64,000 nt of DNA from Acidobacteriota bacterium. GTDB taxonomy: Bacteria > Acidobacteriota > UBA6911 > RPQK01 > JAJDTT01. Below the pieces are notes generated by a model. It saw only the letters and a list, made by a program, of their open reading frames with translations, was not told where the DNA came from and did no database searches. The stretch spans positions 1,344,001 to 1,408,000 of the forward strand of contig CBDCJH010000002.1 of assembly GCA_965217775.1 (NCBI GenBank). Direction: 5' to 3'. The position numbers and the translations under genes are program-made. Shown one piece after another: positions 7,745 through 16,482 of this stretch; positions within the stretch are counted from its first letter, which is position 1, and every line of letters begins with the position of its first letter.

Positions 7745-9412
7745 GTGAGCCTCCAGCGATACGAAAAGCGTCCATGTGGGTATTCGAGGTGTTCCAACCG
7801 CTTCGACGTCGTTGTGGGCCGTCGTGGGCGTCGTCGTGAGTATTGTCAGGCATCGTGCCGGGTGGCGGCCTGGAACCTGCGTAAACGGACCCATGAACCG
7901 CAGCCTGTGAAGGTGAAGGTTCCCAAGGACCCGTTCAGTGCATTGTGTTCGTGGGCGAAGGACACACTACGAATCCCTCCTGGACATCCCTTGTCCGGGC
8001 AGCCCATGTCCATTCCCAGGTTCGCCAAGCCCTTCCTCAAAGATGCGCTGGACCCTTCCAAATCCGAGTGCGCTCTGGTTTTGGGAAGGAAGAACGCAAA
8101 ATCTGCCATCTGCGCTGTGATTCTCTTGGGGTTTCTTGTGGGTCCCGTTCGGGCACATGGCTGGCGAGCGGGAATCTGTTCCATCTCCAAGGCGAAATCC
8201 AGGGAGTTGCGGGACCAGGTGGAGGACATCGCCAAGGCATCGGGACTGTCCGAAGACATCCTCTTCCGGAGATCCCCTTATCCGGGGTCCATCGAATCGA
8301 GCACCGGCAAGGTGGAGATCCTTTCAAGTGAAGGTGGTGGAGGACATTCTTCTTCCTTCGACCTTTCCATCATCGACGAAACGGGATTGCTCAAGGAGAA
8401 GGACCGGGGACTGGTCAACAGCATGAGGTCGGCGACTTCGGCGAAGGACGGCAAGGTTCTTCATCTGAGCATCTATGGAGACTCTCCTTTCATTCCGGAG
8501 TTGATCGGGATGAGGCACGAGCCCTTCATCAGCGTTCACGTTCATCAGGCGGACGAGGGTGCCCGTCTCGATGACCCGAAGCAGTGGAAGAAAGCGAATC
8601 CGGGGTTGGGGACCATCAAATCCATCTCCTACATGGAGAAGGCGGCAAGGAGGGCCATGCTCACCCCAAGCGACGAGGCCCACTTCCTGGCTCAGGACAT
8701 GAACAGGCCGGGGTCTCCGGATCGGATGATGCTTTGTTCGCCGTCGGACTGGGAACGGTGTCGGGTTCCAGTTCTTCCCCCGCGTTCGGGTCCCTGCCGC
8801 ATGGGGGTGGACCTTGGGGGCAGTTCTGCCATGACCTGCGCGGTTCTGTGGTTTCCCGACACGGGCCGCATGGAGACCTATGGAGCCCTGCCGGGGGTGC
8901 CGTCGATCAAGCACCGGCAACGGAAAGACCAATCCCGCTACGATCTCATGTGCCGATCCGGGGAGTTGCAGGTCTATGCAGGACATCGAACCGTTCCGGT
9001 GGACAAGTTCCTCCGTTACATGGCGGATGTCGTAAAGGGGGAGAATCTGGTCTCCATCGGTTCAGACCGATACCGGGATGCTGAAACGAGGCAGTTCGTC
9101 GACCAATCCGGACTCCCGTGGTTGAGGAAGTGGCTGTGGAGAGGCACGGGAGCATCGGCCACGGCGGACGGCAGCCATGACATTCGATCTTTCCAGCGTG
9201 CGGTCCTGAACCAGGAGATCAAGCACGACGGCGGCCTGATGATGTCATCGGCCATCAGTAACTCCAGCTTGAGGTTCCGGAACAACAACCCGGCCCTGGA
9301 GCGTTCTGGCCCTGGTCGAGTCGATGCCCTGCAAGCGGGAGTCATTGCCGTGGGGACCAGCACGGTCAAGGTGGCGAGATCCAGTTGGCGATACCGGGGG
9401 CGGGTTGGATGA
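7745..9412 (+). CDS. terL: Terminase large subunit (HK97-type) with N-terminal Cys4 zinc-finger extension
   Basis: Walker A 'GRKNAKS', Walker B 'LSIIDETG', 'WKKANPGLG', nuclease 'GVDLGGSSAMT', C-terminal 'RVDALQA'; GTG start at 7745 after GGAG. Confidence 0.9.
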   Translation: MSLQRYEKRPCGYSRCSNRFDVVVGRRGRRREYCQASCRVAAWNLRKRTHEPQPVKVKVPKDPFSALCSWAKDTLRIPPGHPLSGQPMSIPRFAKPFLKDALDPSKSECALVLGRKNAKSAICAVILLGFLVGPVRAHGWRAGICSISKAKSRELRDQVEDIAKASGLSEDILFRRSPYPGSIESSTGKVEILSSEGGGGHSSSFDLSIIDETGLLKEKDRGLVNSMRSATSAKDGKVLHLSIYGDSPFIPELIGMRHEPFISVHVHQADEGARLDDPKQWKKANPGLGTIKSISYMEKAARRAMLTPSDEAHFLAQDMNRPGSPDRMMLCSPSDWERCRVPVLPPRSGPCRMGVDLGGSSAMTCAVLWFPDTGRMETYGALPGVPSIKHRQRKDQSRYDLMCRSGELQVYAGHRTVPVDKFLRYMADVVKGENLVSIGSDRYRDAETRQFVDQSGLPWLRKWLWRGTGASATADGSHDIRSFQRAVLNQEIKHDGGLMMSSAISNSSLRFRNNNPALERSGPGRVDALQAGVIAVGTSTVKVARSSWRYRGRVG

Positions 9413-9711
9413 AGCGGTTGCACTCTCGAGAAATGGGGCGCCTGAGACGGCGGCTTTACAAGGAGCAGCAGAACAGGTGCGCGAAGTGTGGGCTGTTGTT
9501 CTTGTTGAGGGAGATGGAGGTCCACCACGTTCAGCCACTCGCCGAGGGCGGAACCCACGACGACGATAACGTCCAGCTTTGGTGCCTGGATGACCACCAT
9601 GAGGCCACTCGATATCAGAACACCGATCCCGCCATTCGTGACCAGAAGAGAGACTGGCGGGTGTTTCTACGAACGGAAGAACAAAGAATCTTTAGGAGGG
9701 TTCGAGCATGA
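9409..9711 (+). CDS. HNH endonuclease (gp74-like packaging cofactor)
   Basis: 'CAKCG...EVHHVQPLAEGGTHDDDNVQLWCLDDH'; ATGA overlaps with terL and capsid genes. Confidence 0.9.
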   Translation: MKRLHSREMGRLRRRLYKEQQNRCAKCGLLFLLREMEVHHVQPLAEGGTHDDDNVQLWCLDDHHEATRYQNTDPAIRDQKRDWRVFLRTEEQRIFRRVRA

Positions 9712-10979
9712 CCACGAAACAGAAACTGGAACTCCGGCGGAGTGAAGTCAGATCCAGGCTGGCCGAGATCGCCGGTCTGGACGAGTTGACGGACGAGATC
9801 CGCACCGAGTCCAAGGCACTGGAAACCGAGTTTGCCGACTTGGAGACGAGATACAGGGCGGCTCTGCTTTCCGAGCAGGACAACGGCAAGCTGGACGAGA
9901 CCGATACCAAGGGCCGGAAGCTCCGGAGCTTGGTCAAGAGGGCATCCCTTGTGAGCTATCTCTCGGAGAGCGTGCGCCAGAACGAGGTCCGGTCCGGATC
10001 TGCGGAGGCGGAGCTCAGGTCCGAGTTGTTGGGTAAGAACGCCCAGCCCGGACAGGTCCCCCTGGCGGTGCTCGCTCCGGAGGTCGTGAAGGAACGGAAA
10101 CGGGAGACTCGCGCCACCGATACGGCTACGGATGTGGGGGCCATCGGAATTCCGAACCGGCAAAACCAGATCATCCGGAGGGTGTTCTCGCAGAGCGCCA
10201 CTTCGTTCTTGGGAATCAGAATGCCCAGCGTCGCAATCGGCGAAACGTCGTTCCCGTACCTGAGCGCCGGGGTCAGTCCTGCGATGAAGGCCAAGGGGGC
10301 GCGTGCGGATGCGGAGGCGGCCACCTTCTCGGCCGAGTCCGTTGGGCCAACCCGTCTCAGTGCCCGATACCTGTTGAGGGTCGAGGACCTGCACCGTCTG
10401 GCCGGTATGGAAAGTGCGCTCAGGGCTGATTTGCGCGGCTCCCTGAGTGAAAGCCTTGATGCCCAGACCCTTGTTGGCGACGGAGTCGCCCCGAACGTGA
10501 CCGGGTTGTTGTCTGAACTGCCTGCGGCTGCGGCAGCGGGTGCGGCGGAGTTCTCGTGGCAGGAGGCGGTGCAAGTGATCGCCGATCAGGTCGACGGAAA
10601 ATATGCCGCCGATCCGAGCATGGTCCGGATGCTCTGTGCGAGTGATTTGTACTCGAAAATGGCCATCCGATTGGTGGCGGCCTCCTCAAGCGGCTCAAGT
10701 GTGAGCGCGGCATCGAGGTACATCCAGGAAATCAGCGGCGGACTGCGAGTCAGCGCGAACATGCCAGCCGCCGACTCCAACATCTCCACGGTGCTGTTAA
10801 GTCGGATGGGACACGCCGGCGCTTTTGCCCCGATCTGGGGAAATTCGTTCGAGCTCATTCGCGACCCGTATAGCCATTCGGCCACTGGCGAGGTGGCTCT
10901 GACGGCGATCATTTTGTGGGCATTCGTGGTGCCCCGTGAAGACGTTTTCGCACTGCGGAAGCTGAGAATCGCGGTCTGA
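9708..10979 (+). CDS. Major capsid protein, HK97 fold, with N-terminal coiled-coil delta domain
   Basis: Coiled-coil N-terminus, 'LDAQTLVGDGVAPNVTGLL', 'LIRDPYSHSATGEVALTA...VPREDVF'. Confidence 0.85.
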   Translation: MTTKQKLELRRSEVRSRLAEIAGLDELTDEIRTESKALETEFADLETRYRAALLSEQDNGKLDETDTKGRKLRSLVKRASLVSYLSESVRQNEVRSGSAEAELRSELLGKNAQPGQVPLAVLAPEVVKERKRETRATDTATDVGAIGIPNRQNQIIRRVFSQSATSFLGIRMPSVAIGETSFPYLSAGVSPAMKAKGARADAEAATFSAESVGPTRLSARYLLRVEDLHRLAGMESALRADLRGSLSESLDAQTLVGDGVAPNVTGLLSELPAAAAAGAAEFSWQEAVQVIADQVDGKYAADPSMVRMLCASDLYSKMAIRLVAASSSGSSVSAASRYIQEISGGLRVSANMPAADSNISTVLLSRMGHAGAFAPIWGNSFELIRDPYSHSATGEVALTAIILWAFVVPREDVFALRKLRIAV

Positions 10980-10982
10980 GTC

Positions 10983-11405
10983 ATGCCGATCGGCATCTTG
11001 AGAGGTCCAGCCGGAGCCGGTAAGTCCCAGTGGTTCGACGAGAACGCCGAACCGGGCGACTTGTGGCTTGACATCACGGCAATCTGGGCCGCCGTCCGGG
11101 GTCTCGAAAGGGGTCCCGATGGTCGCTATCCGGTGCGCTTGGACGACGACCAGGGCCTACGAATGGCTGCCTATCTGAAGGCCACCGGGATCGCCTTTGC
11201 CGAGCGTGAGGGCCTGGACGGATGGGCTACGACCAGTTCATCGGCACCGGAGGCCGTGGAGCGGATTCGGGAGCAGGGGGCAACGGGTCGGGCGCAAACC
11301 ATAGATCCTGGTGAAGCCGTCGTTCGGCGCAGGCTTGCCGATCCCGACACCGGCGAGTTGGACCCTCAATGTGATTCCGCGCTGTTGCGTTGGTACAGCG
11401 TATGA
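10983..11405 (+). CDS. Small P-loop NTPase/kinase-like protein
   Basis: Walker A 'ILRGPAGAGKSQW'; 140 aa; ATGA overlap with the protease gene. Confidence 0.75.
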   Translation: MPIGILRGPAGAGKSQWFDENAEPGDLWLDITAIWAAVRGLERGPDGRYPVRLDDDQGLRMAAYLKATGIAFAEREGLDGWATTSSSAPEAVERIREQGATGRAQTIDPGEAVVRRRLADPDTGELDPQCDSALLRWYSV

Positions 11406-11851
11406 AGATTGTTACGAACGTTGAAATCCGGGAGTCGTCCAAGGGAGTCAAGCGGCTCCACGCCGTCCTCATCCAAGAGGGCCGAGCCTCCACTGGAGGC
11501 CGTTCGGAGGTGATCATACCCGGAGCAATCACATGGCCCGATGCCGGGATTTCTTTAAGGGCCGTGCATCGGGGTCCCGCCATAGGAGTGGCGCATCCGG
11601 CGAGGCATCCGAACGGGGAAATCAGGATTGCCACGTTAGCGACCGGTGCCGTGATCCAGGCTGTCGAGTCAGGCAAGACCGGCATGAGCATCGAGTTCAC
11701 GGCGCTTCGCGAGAAAACCACCAAAGGCGGAATCCGTGAGGTACAGGCTGCTTATGTGGATGCTGCCGCACTCGTGAGCAATCCCGAATATGAGCAGGGC
11801 CGGGCCGAGATCCGATCCCGGAAGCGGAGGTCACAGCTATGGCGACTCTGA
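11402..11851 (+). CDS. HK97-type prohead maturation protease
   Basis: 'EVIIPGA...LRAVH...TGMSIEF...ALVSNPEY' matches the His/Ser motifs of the U35 protease family. Confidence 0.8.
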   Translation: MKIVTNVEIRESSKGVKRLHAVLIQEGRASTGGRSEVIIPGAITWPDAGISLRAVHRGPAIGVAHPARHPNGEIRIATLATGAVIQAVESGKTGMSIEFTALREKTTKGGIREVQAAYVDAAALVSNPEYEQGRAEIRSRKRRSQLWRL

Positions 11852-12231
11852 GCCCCTGGCCCGAAAGTGTGGGAGACCGAAACGCGGCTCTCCGTGAACT
11901 GGAACGCCATCTTAAGTATCCCGAGATCGACATCGACATCGGGGAGGAACGGGAGCGGCTGGAACTGGTCGGGGAGGCGGCTTCGGCCCTGGTCGAGCGG
12001 TACAGTCCTGGAGCTCCACAACGTATTCGGGATTTGGCCGTCGTCAGGACGTGTCAATACCTGCTTGCCCGATCCGGTGCCAGCGTGTCCAAGGTGACGG
12101 AGGAGTTGGGGGACTGGAACCACACCTTGGAATTCATGCCCAGTATGGTTTCGGCGCTCCGGGCGTCCGGATCAATGTCCCTATTGAGTCCCTTCAAGAT
12201 CCGCAGGGCGCGAAAGGTGACGGCGGCATGA
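11839..12231 (+). CDS. Head-tail connector (gp6-like)
   Basis: 'AASALVERY...APQRIRDLAV...LLSPFKIRR' is a gp6/gp15-like pattern; located in the head cluster. Confidence 0.65.
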   Translation: MATLSPWPESVGDRNAALRELERHLKYPEIDIDIGEERERLELVGEAASALVERYSPGAPQRIRDLAVVRTCQYLLARSGASVSKVTEELGDWNHTLEFMPSMVSALRASGSMSLLSPFKIRRARKVTAA

Positions 12232-13304
12232 AGTGGCAGGGACGGGAGGTCGACTTCGGTTTACGTGAGACTCGATCCAGCGGGTACACGGACCGGTTGA
12301 CCCAGCTCCTGGTGAGTCAGGCATCCACCGTGACCGAGACCGATCCCTCCCGGACTGGCGCTCTGGAGGTCTGCGCCGGGATTTGGGGCCGCGCCTTCGC
12401 ATCCGTGAAAGTGGAGCCGCAGACGGCGGCGCAGGTGCTCTCTCCCAACGTCCTGAACTTGATCGGCCGCCAACTGATCCGACAGGGTGAAGTCCTGTTC
12501 CGGGTCCAGGTGGTCAATGGTCAGCGCGTCCTGACCCCTTCGAGCGCCTGGGATGTCTCGGGAGGCGCGGACCCGTCCACATGGAGATTCACATGCTCTT
12601 TCAGCGGACCCGACTCCGAACAGGAGGCTACGCTGGAGTGGGACGAGGTGGTTCTGCTGACCTGGGCCACCGAGCCTGGAGCGCTCTACCGGGGCCTGGG
12701 ACCGCTTGAGGTGGGAGACTTGACCGGATCCCTGTGTGGGTCCTTGGAGAAGTCCCTCAGCAGCGAAATGGCGACGCCCAACGGATACTTGCTGACGGTC
12801 CCACAAGTGGACGAAGTGCCGGATGACGAGACCGATCCACTCGAAGATATGAGGGCCGATTTGAAGGGGCTCGACGGCGGTCTTTCATTGGTCGAAACGA
12901 CTCAAGGCGGGGGCGGCGAAGGCCGGGTAGCGGCTCCGGCGCGGGATTGGGTTCCGTCCCGGCTCGGTCCGTCTCCTCCCAAGGCGTTGTGCGACCTGCG
13001 CGAGGATGTCCACAGGACGGTCTTGTCCGCCTGCGGGATCTCCCCGGCGATGGTCGGCGGGCGTTCGGACGGAACTGCAAGGCGAGAAGCCTACCGAACA
13101 TTTGCGCATCTGTCCTTGACCCCAATGGGCCGGATGGTTGCAGCGGAACTGGCGGACAAGCTGGAGATCCCTGGCCTTCGATTCAACTGGTCGAACCTGA
13201 TGGCGGGAGACATCACAGGCAAGGCGAGGGCGTTCAGGAGCTTGGTTCAGGGCGGCATGGACGTAGCGAAAGCCGCCAGCCTCTCGGGGCTGATGACGGA
13301 TTGA
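12228..13304 (+). CDS. Phage portal protein (HK97-like, 358 aa)
   Basis: 'LIRQGE', 'YRGLGPL', 'VLSACGISPAMVG', 'F..LSLTPM...ELADKL'; ATGA overlap with the upstream gene. Confidence 0.85.
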   Translation: MKWQGREVDFGLRETRSSGYTDRLTQLLVSQASTVTETDPSRTGALEVCAGIWGRAFASVKVEPQTAAQVLSPNVLNLIGRQLIRQGEVLFRVQVVNGQRVLTPSSAWDVSGGADPSTWRFTCSFSGPDSEQEATLEWDEVVLLTWATEPGALYRGLGPLEVGDLTGSLCGSLEKSLSSEMATPNGYLLTVPQVDEVPDDETDPLEDMRADLKGLDGGLSLVETTQGGGGEGRVAAPARDWVPSRLGPSPPKALCDLREDVHRTVLSACGISPAMVGGRSDGTARREAYRTFAHLSLTPMGRMVAAELADKLEIPGLRFNWSNLMAGDITGKARAFRSLVQGGMDVAKAASLSGLMTD

Positions 13305-13442
13305 CGATAAACCCGCAGACCAGGACATGACGCTGGCAGCGGGCCGTCACTTGAAGATACACAGGTGATGGAAAACTCCCCGGTCGTGGGAACGGCGGGG
13401 AGTGAGTCAGGTTGTCCATGATGAGTTCGACCTGACAACAGT

Positions 13443-13471
13443 GGGGCGGGTGCTTCGAACACGCCCGCCCC
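13443..13471. terminator. GC-rich hairpin between convergent portal and integrase genes
   Basis: GGGGCGGG...CCCGCCCC stem; no clear U-tract. Confidence 0.35.
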
Positions 13472-13656
13472 ATCTTCCTCCCCCGCACGTAAGGGACCCT
13501 GCCCCATGGTTGGCCGGGCGTAGACTACCGGTGTCGGAGTGCACCCTACGTCCGCCACACGATTCCCTGGCCATCGGCGGCCCGTGCTGTCCTGGAGGTG
13601 TCAAAGCCATACCTGAGGACCCTCGAAACGCTCAGGCGCTCCTCTTGACTGGGCTT

Positions 13657-14640
13657 TCAGTCATCTTCCATGAACCGCGCGACGGCGTTCTTCTTGGCCC
13701 GTTCTCCCGAGACGTAATGGACGACCATCGCCGGACTTTTCCAGCCGCCGATCTCGGCAACGTCTTGCAAGCTAGCTCCCCGCCGCGTCAGTTCTTGAGC
13801 ACATCCTCTCCGCAAGGAATGGCCTCGGACTCGTTTCAACTCCACCCCGGCCTGCCGGGCGCGGACCCGGATAATGCGGCGCACGGTGTCGGTATGCAGA
13901 TCTTTGTCCAGAACGTTCGTGTTGGTGCAAGGACGGAAGAGCGGCCCGGTCTGGATTCGGGCTCTCTTGATCCACGCTCGCAGCAGCCGGGACGCGCGTT
14001 TCGTCAGGTAGCCATTACGTCCCGATCCCTGCGGGTCCGTCTTGCTCCGGCGGACGACGATCAGCGCCGATCCGTCCGCTTGAAAGGACACGTCTTCGAT
14101 TTCCAGGGCGCAGAGCTCACCGATCCGCAGGCAGCCGTCGTACATGACGCTGAGCAAGGCGGCGTCCCGGGTCCCCCAGAGCGGCCGGAACGTGGACTCG
14201 ATGATGGCCGACCCCACCATCTCCCGGACTTCATCGGCGCTCAGTCCCCGAGCCAGCTTGGTGCCCCGGTTCCAACCTTCTTTGGAGACGATACCGAGGA
14301 CTTCCTTGGTCTGCTCTCCAACCGGATCCAGCTCGTCTTTGGCCCTGGACCGCCATCTCGCGGCGTTGACGATCCCCCGGACGCTGGCCGGGGCGAGGCT
14401 GTCCGCGTCGAAGCGATGCTCGCAATACTCGGCCAGCAGGTCGTCGGTCAGATCACGACCTGCCAACCACTCGTCCAGTTTTCTCCAGACGTTTCGATAG
14501 GTTCGGCGGGAATTGGCGCTCAGCTTGCGGAGCTTGCGCCGGTAGCGGATGTCAGCCCGTGTCTGCATGACTGGTGTCCTTTCGGGTTCGGGTTCCCGTA
14601 CCGCGCGGCAGGCCGGGGTGAATTGAAGGATTCGTGCCAT
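13657..14640 (-). CDS. Cre-like tyrosine recombinase/integrase
   Basis: Catalytic R ('RDAALL..GCLRIGEL'), K ('RRSKTD'), HxxR ('GHSLRRG'), W ('GGWKS') and Y ('MVVHY'); RBS GAGGAGG upstream of the ATG at 14640. Confidence 0.92.
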   Translation of the reverse strand: MARILQFTPACRAVREPEPERTPVMQTRADIRYRRKLRKLSANSRRTYRNVWRKLDEWLAGRDLTDDLLAEYCEHRFDADSLAPASVRGIVNAARWRSRAKDELDPVGEQTKEVLGIVSKEGWNRGTKLARGLSADEVREMVGSAIIESTFRPLWGTRDAALLSVMYDGCLRIGELCALEIEDVSFQADGSALIVVRRSKTDPQGSGRNGYLTKRASRLLRAWIKRARIQTGPLFRPCTNTNVLDKDLHTDTVRRIIRVRARQAGVELKRVRGHSLRRGCAQELTRRGASLQDVAEIGGWKSPAMVVHYVSGERAKKNAVARFMEDD

Positions 14641-14730
14641 GTGTAACCTCCTCGGTTGCCCTCTACCTATCTCTTTCACCAAAACGAAAACGATCGAGGG
14701 CATTATTTTTTGAGGAGCGGTCTCGGAGAG

Positions 14731-14742
14731 CACCTGCTATCC
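14731..14742 (+). repeat. attR core (CACCTGCTATCC)
   Basis: Identical to 4999-5010; about 90 bp upstream of the integrase start. Confidence 0.9.
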
Positions 14743-15583
14743 GGACGAGGACTGCGATCGTCTACCTGGCGGCGGACCGCCAGGCTACCGCTGGCGCTAT
14801 GATGTCGAAGGGAAGAACGGAACCGCGTACGAGTTTTCCGTCGGCCGCAGGTTCAGCCATCTCCGAGTGGAATTTTCGGTCACCCGGCAGAAGAACGACC
14901 TCGAATCGGACTTTTCCGGGATCAGCTACGTGGACGGATCCCCCATCCTCTCCATCGAAACCGACCTTCAGGCGGAAGGAAGTTCCTCGGTCGGGGATCT
15001 GATCGCCCGCACGCTGTCGTTGAACCTCTACTATGACTTTCCGATGGCGTCGAATCGCTTTGCGCCTTATCAGCCCGTGGCAAAAGTCATCACGGCATTC
15101 GACCGTCCCTGCATCCCGGCGGACGGCGTTGCGATTCGGGCACATACTCCCGGTATGCACCCGAATCGCGCCTTGTCCGGCGGGCGCAGGAACGGTCTCG
15201 GTGCTCGCGGGACTTTCACCACGGACTGTTATGTCGGCGCAGGACTGGGGGCTTCCTTTGTCGAAGTGACCGATCTGTTTTATGAGAGCTCGTACAGCGG
15301 TCCCGGCGGGCCCTACGATCCTCCCTTGGAGTTTTACTCCAGTCGGACCAACGAGAACCTGTCCGATACGATTCTGGCGAAACACCTGTACGTCGGCGTC
15401 GACTTCGGATTGAGTGAAAGGACGCTGTTGGGCGTGAAGTTGTCCCACCTGCGGATGGGGGACTTCGCGGCCACGGGGGGCTACGACTTCCATCCGATCC
15501 CGGGATTGACCAGCGAGACCCGGTTCAGCGGCATGAACCACTGGTTGCTGGGGCTCACCGTCAAGTTGTTGCTCGGCCGCTGA
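14743..15583 (+). pseudogene. 3' half of the interrupted outer-membrane beta-barrel gene (contains in-frame MITE)
   Basis: 'TCYPDEDCDRLP...LRVEFS...LNLYYDF...FAPY[MITE]YVGAGLG...LYVGVDFGLSERTLLGVK...WLLGLTVKL', an OmpA/OmpW-like barrel pattern. Confidence 0.85.
15071..15228 (+). mobile_element. 158-bp MITE, copy 1 (TSD TTAT)
   Basis: 18-bp imperfect TIRs CAGCCCGTGGCAAAAGTC / GACTTTCACCACGGACTG; TTAT at 15067-15070 and 15229-15232. Confidence 0.9.
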
Positions 15584-15631
15584 CCGGCAAACACCGACCT
15601 GGAACCAATCTGGGCCGTGCCATACCCGTGG

Positions 15632-16447
15632 TCAGAGTTCCAGCTTGCCCTCGAAGACCATATCCTTGAGCTTGAACTTCTTGGCGACCTTACGACCCAT
15701 GAGCCGTGTGATGAACTCGATGTTCTTTTCCTTCACGATGATGGGGTTCGACGTGGGGCGGGGAAAGACGAAGATCAACTCGAAGCCGGACTGGCCGGTT
15801 CGCGCGTTCAGAAGATTAACCTGTTCCTTTCTCATCTGAACGGCCTGAAGAGAAATGGGCTCGCGGCCCTTGACCTTGAGGAAAGATTCGGACCTGAGGC
15901 GTTCGATGACCGCCTGCCGCCGATCGGGGGGAATCCTCGTCATGCGGGCGGGCAGTCCGGAGACGCCGATGATGAAGTAGTTCTCTTCCGGAGCCAGGAG
16001 TTCGGCCAACTCGGCCGTCGTCTCGGCCTGATCTCCGAACCGGGCTCGAGCGAATGCCTGCTTGATGGGCAGGGCGCTGTACCATCGCAGCGTCAGATTG
16101 ATGGCCGGGGGAAACCCCCGTCCCATTCCACGACCGCCAAAGCCTCGCCCCCCGCCTCGACCTCCGCCACCTCGACCTCCGCCGCCTCGACCCCCACCCG
16201 TGCCTAAGCCGCGCCCCGACCGGTTGGGCCCGTCGCGACGACCCGTGCGCATGGTGGTTCCAGTGACTCCCGGGCGCCGCTGCAAGCTCACGGTCAGCTC
16301 CTTTGCCCAGGGGGACTTGTTGAGCATCCGCATCACTTCCTTCTCGGACCAGTCGGAGTACGCGGATTCCTTCCAGAATTTACGGGGCCAGACCGGGGTC
16401 GTGGTCAGCAACAGGATGCAGGAGACAAGCAGGAACGATTTCCTCAT
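15632..16447 (-). CDS. Secreted hypothetical protein with RGG-rich insert
   Basis: Signal peptide, 'FWKESAYSDWSEKEVMRMLNKSPWA', Gly/Arg tract, C-terminal 'FKLKDMVFEGKLEL'. Confidence 0.75.
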   Translation of the reverse strand: MRKSFLLVSCILLLTTTPVWPRKFWKESAYSDWSEKEVMRMLNKSPWAKELTVSLQRRPGVTGTTMRTGRRDGPNRSGRGLGTGGGRGGGGRGGGGRGGGRGFGGRGMGRGFPPAINLTLRWYSALPIKQAFARARFGDQAETTAELAELLAPEENYFIIGVSGLPARMTRIPPDRRQAVIERLRSESFLKVKGREPISLQAVQMRKEQVNLLNARTGQSGFELIFVFPRPTSNPIIVKEKNIEFITRLMGRKVAKKFKLKDMVFEGKLEL

Positions 16448-16482
16448 GGGCTAACCTCGTTTCTCAGGCGACGGCCACGAAT

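Larger units (their letters stand above)
4999..14742. mobile_element. Integrated tail-less, capsid-encoding phage satellite or minimal prophage (9732 bp between att cores)
   Basis: Flanking direct repeats, terminal tyrosine recombinase, HK97-type head/packaging genes, interrupted host gene. Confidence 0.9.

Noticed and set aside
13402-14646. 414-aa + strand ORF inside the element
   Set aside because: Antisense shadow of the integrase; no motifs or RBS.
14641-14733. Integrase ORF extension beginning in the att core
   Set aside because: A strong RBS sits directly before ATG 14640; the upstream GTG is probably coincidental.
4999-14742. Gene transfer agent or encapsulin interpretation of the capsid cluster
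   Set aside because: Own integrase, att repeats and insertion into a host gene indicate a mobile element; portal and terminase exclude an encapsulin.
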